A DNA stretch of 64,000 nucleotides, taken from contig CALSZZ010000005.1 of the NCBI GenBank assembly GCA_943841885.1, positions 63,766 through 127,765 on the forward strand. Direction: 5' to 3'. The translations under genes and the position numbers were made by a program. Positions 58,787-64,000 of the stretch are shown here, in pieces. The stretch's first letter is position 1. Each line of letters begins with the position of its first letter. The stretch is from Candidatus Thalassarchaeaceae archaeon (GTDB lineage Archaea > Thermoplasmatota > Poseidoniia > Poseidoniales > Thalassarchaeaceae). Under the pieces are notes generated by a model. The model saw only the letters and a list, made by a program, of their open reading frames with translations, did not search any database and was not told where the DNA came from.

Positions 58787-59731
58787 TCAGAATATCCGTG
58801 AGTCGAGAGGAATTAGTTCTTTATCTCGATCATCATTATGTCTAATTTGGTTCTGATTTGCTCTGCCAGCTAAAGCTACTGCCGCAAAGGCTGTAATCAT
58901 CATAGTACCGGCTATTTCAAAACCTGGGAGATAAATTCCTCTAATATATACAGTCATTGATTGAATTTGGTAATTAGGTATTCCTTCAGTCCTTATTGAA
59001 AATTCTGAAGTTGCTTTAAATTGTAAATTATAATACTTATCGGTCCATCCTTGATTCTTTGGAGTACGCATTTGGACTCTAAACTTAGTAGGAGGTGCTA
59101 AAGAATCTATTTCATCAGTTAGGAGAGGAATACTTAGTTGGAAACCTGCATCGTTTAATTCATCAAAATTTGAAACTTCAACGTTAAACTTATCTCTTGC
59201 ATTACCGTCATTATATACGTCGAATTGGAGCATATAGTCAACCTTCGGCCTAAGTTGCAAGAATGCTAACTCTGAACCTACTCTAAGTCTACTGAATTGT
59301 TTGTATACTGCTAATACTTTACTCTCCACAGGTTCAGATACTCCACTTACCGGTCCTCCGCCCCATGTTATCACTTCTGCTTCAATAGTTACAACTTGTT
59401 GCCCCTCAGGGGCTCTTAATTCTGCCCTAAGAGCAACTTCAAAACTTGCACTACCTTGACCTGATACTGATTTAGAACCAGGTCCTGCAACACCTAAAAC
59501 TCCTCCAGAATAGGTTAACTTTACAGTTTCAGAAAATGCTGTCGGATTTGATAGTGTACAATATACTATACTTGTCCTTGTTGATCCGGGAAAAACATCA
59601 ATTGCATTAGGTTGTTGACAATCTAATGAAATCTCCGGAGATGTTTGGGCTTGTACCATAGCAACACCTGTCCATGTGCTAATGAAATAGACACCAATTA
59701 ACATCAAGGCTGTTCTAAATGAAGAACTCAT
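58787..59731 (-). CDS. secreted beta-sandwich protein with PGF-like C-terminal anchor (hypothetical)
   Basis: Signal peptide (ALMLIGVYFISTWTGVAMVQA), NxGN-type module (VYNDGNARDKFNV), and a C-terminal LPGFEIAGTMMITAFAAVALAGR TM plus 24-aa tail. TATA-like GTATAAAATAAG lies about 30 nt upstream. Confidence 0.6.
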   Translation of the reverse strand: MSSSFRTALMLIGVYFISTWTGVAMVQAQTSPEISLDCQQPNAIDVFPGSTRTSIVYCTLSNPTAFSETVKLTYSGGVLGVAGPGSKSVSGQGSASFEVALRAELRAPEGQQVVTIEAEVITWGGGPVSGVSEPVESKVLAVYKQFSRLRVGSELAFLQLRPKVDYMLQFDVYNDGNARDKFNVEVSNFDELNDAGFQLSIPLLTDEIDSLAPPTKFRVQMRTPKNQGWTDKYYNLQFKATSEFSIRTEGIPNYQIQSMTVYIRGIYLPGFEIAGTMMITAFAAVALAGRANQNQIRHNDDRDKELIPLDSRIF

Positions 59732-59810
59732 CGACCTTTGGCTTTCCCGAATCTTATTTTATACTTCTCATCAGATGCACAAAAAAATGATAATATTTGT
59801 TAGTTATGAT

Positions 59811-59887
59811 TGGTGGACCCGACCGGATTTGAACCGATGACCACTCGGTTATGAGCCGAGCGCTCTAACCAACTGAGCTACGGGTCC
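59811..59887 (-). tRNA. tRNA with CAU anticodon (elongator Met, or Ile2 after agmatidine modification), CCA encoded
   Basis: The reverse complement is GGACCCGTAGCTCAGTTGGTTAGAGCGCTCGGCTCATAACCGAGTGGTCATCGGTTCAAATCCGGTCGGGTCCACCA. Acceptor GGACCCG/CGGGTCC, anticodon stem CTCGG/CCGAG, loop CTCATAA. Confidence 0.85.
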
Positions 59888-59975
59888 TATGAGGTTGCCC
59901 AGTATCAATGTGAAATGAACTTTATCTTTTTCAAGAAGATTTAAAATTTCACATCAGGTGTTGATAACAACACCA

Positions 59976-59992
59976 ATATTTATGCATATAAC
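59976..59992 (+). promoter_or_regulatory. candidate TATA box upstream of the CD36-like gene
   Basis: ATATTTATGCATATAAC lies 31-47 nt upstream of the ATG at 60023 and immediately follows a perfect palindrome GTGTTGATAACAACAC (59958-59973). Confidence 0.3.
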
Positions 59993-60022
59993 AATACCCG
60001 AAGTAGCAAAGAAGGTGCATGT

Positions 60023-62824
60023 ATGAGCGAAGATGAAGGACCATTTAATACAAAAAATATAGCAGTTGCCTGTGTGATAATAGGACTATTACTTCCATTA
60101 TTGAATTTAACCGTAGTATCAGGAATAGTTTCAGATGAAGTAGCAGATGGCGTACAAGATATATTAGCGGATGATAGAGATGAATTAAGTGATTGGGAAG
60201 ATCCAGATTGGCTAGTATCATCAAGTGAAAGAGCATACTTTGCAAACAGTATTACTAACCTTGAAAATCTAGAAGATGGCATTGATACTTTACCAACTCT
60301 GGAAAAGATGGGGCCATTTGTATACAATGTTACAACAACAAGAGATATTATTGATTTTGATGAAGAAGATGGGACAATAACATATTCAGAATATGATGTT
60401 TTCGATTGGTGTTCAACATGCACTTGGATAGATGAAAATGGAGATGAGCATGCCTCATTGGACGGAAATACAGAAATATCACAAATTAATATTCTTTGGA
60501 ATACTCAAAAAATTGCTGGAGTAGGCACAGGCATTGAATATGGAGAAATTTTTGCTAAAGCAGGATTTGGCAATAGTATGATTCAAAATGACTTAATTAA
60601 TAGAGCACCAAGTATTTGGGCTTCCGAAGAAATTTCATCACAAGCAGCTCTAATGGGTTCTGAAGAATTACTCAATGCAACTTATGTAGGATGGAATAGT
60701 ACTTATTCTTTAGGGACTATGGATCCTAGTTTCTCATCCTCTTTTGCTATGATAATGGATGATGCTATTGATCCTTCAACAACATCCTGTATTGCACTGA
60801 AATGTGATTTAGGCCCTATGATCGTAGCAGGAATGGGTGAACCTAGTGAAACGACTACAGAAGTTAGATCTACATTATATGGTTACTCCGATATATCAGA
60901 ACCAGAAAGAACCCATATAGACTGGACAGTATACTCACTTGCTGGAAATATGTTTGTGCAAATGGGAGGCGGAACAGATGATTTGAGAAATGAATCTGAC
61001 CTAAGAGAAAGGCTTTCAGAGGTTTCAGGAGTAGATATTGCTAATCCCACAGTCTTAGATGATACATTATTTGGCATAGATGAAACTACTGGTCTAGCCG
61101 CTGGACTTATTGCTGTAGAAGACTTTGGAGGAATTCCACTACATGGCCTAGCATTATTCCTACTTGGTGCCCAATCAAGTCCATACGATACCATGACCGC
61201 GTATGGACTGGGATTGACCCAAGTAATTTCTTTGGCTGATTACGCGGGCGGTTGGAGTGGTTTAATCCTCCCCTCGACAGATTTCGAAATGATATTACTA
61301 GGAGGAGCAGGAACAATGAATTCAGATAGTTGGTGGCAAACTGCTTTCGGAGGAGAAGAGCCATTAAATGGAGGTTATCTTTCAATTGGATTAAACAGAG
61401 GATCATATGAAGGATTGGTCGATATAGGGGCAGAAAAGGCTAGTGAGATACTTTATGGAGATGAATATGGACTATTAGGTTCTTTTTCTACTGCTTTCGT
61501 TTACGGAGAATTAAGTGGATTGAGTCTACCAACTGATCCAAATGGATATGGTCAGGTTGAGTGGACGGATTCGTATGTTGCTGGTTTGTATGACATATCT
61601 GAAAGCGATGCTGCTGCATTAAAAAGTTGGATTTTGGACTTTATGTTTCCACAAGTAGTTCCTGCACTCCTTAGTTTTCAATATGGCGCTAGTGCATACA
61701 CGACACAACCAATGAATAATTGGTTATACGGATGGAGTGACAGTGTCTTAGAAGGACTCTACAGCCCTGAAGAAAGTTGGGTTAAACTTGAAACTAATGC
61801 TACATACTACGGATCGAGCACAATGGACCAAGACGGAGATGGTTTACCAGATTACTTAGAGATTGAGTGTGGATCAAATCCTTCAACATCTATCTCAACA
61901 CAAGAAGATTGGAGTGACCCTAATTGTAATCCTCAATTTGATGGATTAAGTACAGGAGATTTTACGGTATATATGATGAGTACGGGTACTGGAAATAATA
62001 ATGCCGATAATATGGAACATGGATTACAAAGAGGTTTTATTAATTCAGATGGAGATGGATTATGTGACTTTAAACTGGATACAGATGGAGTTGCTACATA
62101 TGATGTACCTTGTGAAGTTGGTGAAATATACGGCATGACCGAATATTTACCATGGAGGGCCCCTCACAAGGAAGCCTCTACTTTGGGATTATTGACCGAA
62201 AATGTAGGAAATTCAAATACAGTGTGGGCTGGAACAATTGGAGGAATAGCCGATGCTAAAGAATCTTTTAATGTCAATCTTGCAGGATATTCAATCGCCC
62301 CAACTGTAGTTGGAAGCGAGGCCGATTACAAAGAAATACCGATGGTAGATCACAGCATAACCCTAGATCCTGCAGAAAACCAAATTCAAGGAAAATTGAT
62401 TGGAAGTGGCACATATGTAGATGCGATACCAGGTGCTTTGCCAGTTTATTTCGGCTCTAATGTTGATATAAAAGTAGAGCCAGTAACTAATGCGGCAATG
62501 TATGCTAAAGGTATATCCACATTCTACTTTGATTACAGGGGGCCAGGGAGTATCGACCCTGACTTTGGAGCCGAAACAACCAAAGCTGTATTCGAAATTC
62601 ATACCTTTAGTGAAATATCAGATGACGATGCACGAATATTCAAAGGTAAAGTTCTTGATCACATGGGGCCATTCTTCTGGACTGATTTCGGAGGATCTGG
62701 AGATACAGAATTAGAGCCAGTTAGAGTTGTTTCATATATTTCTGCTGCCATGTACATAGGAGGATTGGCATTGATGGCTATTGGAGCAAATAACTTAAGA
62801 AAGAAAGATAATGATTTAGAATAA
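60023..62824 (+). CDS. hairpin (N- and C-terminal TM) membrane protein with CD36/LIMP-2/SR-B-like ectodomain motifs
   Basis: 933-aa intact ORF. N-terminal TM IAVACVIIGLLLPLLNLTVVSGI and C-terminal TM VVSYISAAMYIGGLALMAIGA. Family-like motifs: AYFANSITNLENL...EKMGPFVYNV...DGTITYSEYDVFDW, NNWLYGWSDSVLEGL and AVFEIHTFSEISDDDARIFKGKV. The CDS call is firm; the family call is by eye. Confidence 0.8.
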   Translation: MSEDEGPFNTKNIAVACVIIGLLLPLLNLTVVSGIVSDEVADGVQDILADDRDELSDWEDPDWLVSSSERAYFANSITNLENLEDGIDTLPTLEKMGPFVYNVTTTRDIIDFDEEDGTITYSEYDVFDWCSTCTWIDENGDEHASLDGNTEISQINILWNTQKIAGVGTGIEYGEIFAKAGFGNSMIQNDLINRAPSIWASEEISSQAALMGSEELLNATYVGWNSTYSLGTMDPSFSSSFAMIMDDAIDPSTTSCIALKCDLGPMIVAGMGEPSETTTEVRSTLYGYSDISEPERTHIDWTVYSLAGNMFVQMGGGTDDLRNESDLRERLSEVSGVDIANPTVLDDTLFGIDETTGLAAGLIAVEDFGGIPLHGLALFLLGAQSSPYDTMTAYGLGLTQVISLADYAGGWSGLILPSTDFEMILLGGAGTMNSDSWWQTAFGGEEPLNGGYLSIGLNRGSYEGLVDIGAEKASEILYGDEYGLLGSFSTAFVYGELSGLSLPTDPNGYGQVEWTDSYVAGLYDISESDAAALKSWILDFMFPQVVPALLSFQYGASAYTTQPMNNWLYGWSDSVLEGLYSPEESWVKLETNATYYGSSTMDQDGDGLPDYLEIECGSNPSTSISTQEDWSDPNCNPQFDGLSTGDFTVYMMSTGTGNNNADNMEHGLQRGFINSDGDGLCDFKLDTDGVATYDVPCEVGEIYGMTEYLPWRAPHKEASTLGLLTENVGNSNTVWAGTIGGIADAKESFNVNLAGYSIAPTVVGSEADYKEIPMVDHSITLDPAENQIQGKLIGSGTYVDAIPGALPVYFGSNVDIKVEPVTNAAMYAKGISTFYFDYRGPGSIDPDFGAETTKAVFEIHTFSEISDDDARIFKGKVLDHMGPFFWTDFGGSGDTELEPVRVVSYISAAMYIGGLALMAIGANNLRKKDNDLE

Positions 62825-62884
62825 TTTATTTTTAAAGATATTTTTGTAAAGAAAGATTGAATCATAATACCCCCAGGTGGGCTC

Positions 62885-63961
62885 GTGAGACATAGGCTAC
62901 GCCATATAGATCAAATCAGAGCAATTGCAGTACTTTGTATGGTTGAAGTTCATACGGCTGCCATATTACCCCCTCAAGGCATCACAGTAGGGCATCCTGC
63001 AGCATTTTTTGCAGCAGCCTTTGGAGGGATGGCTGCTCCCATGTTTATTACATTATCAGGATGGGGGATATATAAAAGTGGAATGATAAATGCGAATGTG
63101 AATGATCAAAGTGATAAAAATTGGTTCAGGTGGATTTCTACCAGAGTAATAATACTTATTGTATGTCAAATTCTTGTAAATATATTATTGAATATAGAAA
63201 GAGGAGGCAGATTCTATTGGCAAACTCCAGGAGTTCTGAGTCTGTTAGCGATTGCAGCCATGATTACCCCTATTCTTCTGAGAATGTCAATGTCACTACG
63301 ATTAGGAATATTTTTTCTGTTATTATTATCTCCAACCATAATTGGAGAATATAGCGGTTTGAGTTGGTCTTGGGAAGAAAGGGTAAATTCTATTGGATAT
63401 ATAGAATGGTTTGAAAGACTTCTTTTGAATGGTACTTATCCGGCTATTCCTTGGCTGAGTTATATATTTCTTGGAACTCTTATTTATGACTTTAGAACTG
63501 AAATAAAGATTAGAGATAATATAATCATAGTAGGATTAATAGTTACATTAATCTCAGTTTTAATATCTATTTTTAGAGGAGAAAATTGGGCATTAACATC
63601 TGGAGAAGCAGTATTGACATTTTTTCCTGCCAATACATTCTTTATCATAGTCTCAGGAACAATGGTGATATTCGGAATGAGAATACTAGAAGGTGATGAA
63701 GTATTAGGAGGCAAATCAAGATATGAGGAAAAATTATCTATGTTAGAGGCAACTGGAAAAATCTCATTAACAATATATGTAGTTCATTTTGCTGTTCTAG
63801 GTTTTGCGGCAATTATAATGGAAAATAGACCTAGATTAGGAATATTAGAAGCTTTTACTCTAACTATAGGTCATACTCTAATTTGGATACCATTGTCTAA
63901 CTGGCATCAGAAAAATATTCCAAATATTTCTTTTGAAAGTTTACTTAGAAAAATGAATTAA
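62885..63961 (+). CDS. DUF1624 / heparan-alpha-glucosaminide N-acetyltransferase (HGSNAT)-like membrane acyltransferase
   Basis: GTG start. N-terminal RLRHIDQIRAIAVLCMVEVHT matches the R..xD..RG.a...M...H opening of the DUF1624 family. About 9-10 TM helices, 358 aa. Confidence 0.6.
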   Translation: MRHRLRHIDQIRAIAVLCMVEVHTAAILPPQGITVGHPAAFFAAAFGGMAAPMFITLSGWGIYKSGMINANVNDQSDKNWFRWISTRVIILIVCQILVNILLNIERGGRFYWQTPGVLSLLAIAAMITPILLRMSMSLRLGIFFLLLLSPTIIGEYSGLSWSWEERVNSIGYIEWFERLLLNGTYPAIPWLSYIFLGTLIYDFRTEIKIRDNIIIVGLIVTLISVLISIFRGENWALTSGEAVLTFFPANTFFIIVSGTMVIFGMRILEGDEVLGGKSRYEEKLSMLEATGKISLTIYVVHFAVLGFAAIIMENRPRLGILEAFTLTIGHTLIWIPLSNWHQKNIPNISFESLLRKMN

Positions 63962-64000
63962 TTTATTTAGTTATTAGTATTCCAACTTATCGGCCCAAAC

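Noticed and set aside
59980-60423. 147-aa minus-strand ORF, plus the other antisense ORFs within 60045-62865
   Set aside because: They are antisense to the long, intact 933-aa ORF. Their Ser-rich shadow-frame composition indicates they are not real genes.
1-64000. CRISPR arrays, cas genes, restriction-modification or toxin-antitoxin modules
   Set aside because: Reading the window turned up no regularly spaced direct repeats and no nuclease, helicase or methylase motif sets. The only methyltransferase-like gene (41073-41855) looks like a small-molecule O-methyltransferase type with no partner nuclease.

Overview
Low-GC archaeal chromosome segment (coding DNA looks about 35-38% GC by eye; the rRNA is much GC-richer). 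Gene content points to a planktonic Thermoplasmatota-type euryarchaeon such as Marine Group II/III, but this is inference only. The window opens inside a minus-strand 23S rRNA gene with no 16S gene anywhere upstream. It then carries tightly packed housekeeping genes: RNase P Rpp21, YhbY, adk, type II GAPDH, pheT, rnhB, gltX, archease, an AlaAT-like aminotransferase, alaS, rtcB, an HhH-GPD glycosylase, proline dehydrogenase, dtdA, the rpoE'-spt4-S24e-S27ae cluster and purC. There are three tRNAs, all with encoded CCA: Thr-GGU, Ser-GGA and a CAU tRNA. The load of very large secreted or membrane-anchored proteins is unusually heavy. These are a 1591-aa subtilase, a 1037-aa thrombospondin-type-3-repeat protein, a 2391-aa giant protein, a roughly 1890-codon FG-GAP/CARDB adhesin-like gene and a 933-aa hairpin membrane protein. 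I saw no CRISPR array, transposase, integrase or recognisable defence gene. The four leads I rate highest follow. (1) The 933-aa protein at 60023-62824 has the topology and the N-terminal, central and C-terminal signature motifs of the eukaryotic CD36/LIMP-2/SR-B family, and sits next to an HGSNAT-like (DUF1624) membrane acyltransferase. (2) A polar-amino-acid ABC permease is fused to an N-terminal BNR/Ycf48-like beta-propeller, has about 180 extra aa of transmembrane insertion, and has no substrate-binding-protein gene nearby. (3) The adhesin-like gene at 46971-52653 is broken by at least nine frame changes, while more than 50 kb of other coding sequence holds only one candidate frameshift. 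(4) A GXGXG protein carries a degenerate glutamate-synthase FMN-like C-terminal half. All family assignments come from reading motifs by eye, and no searches were run.
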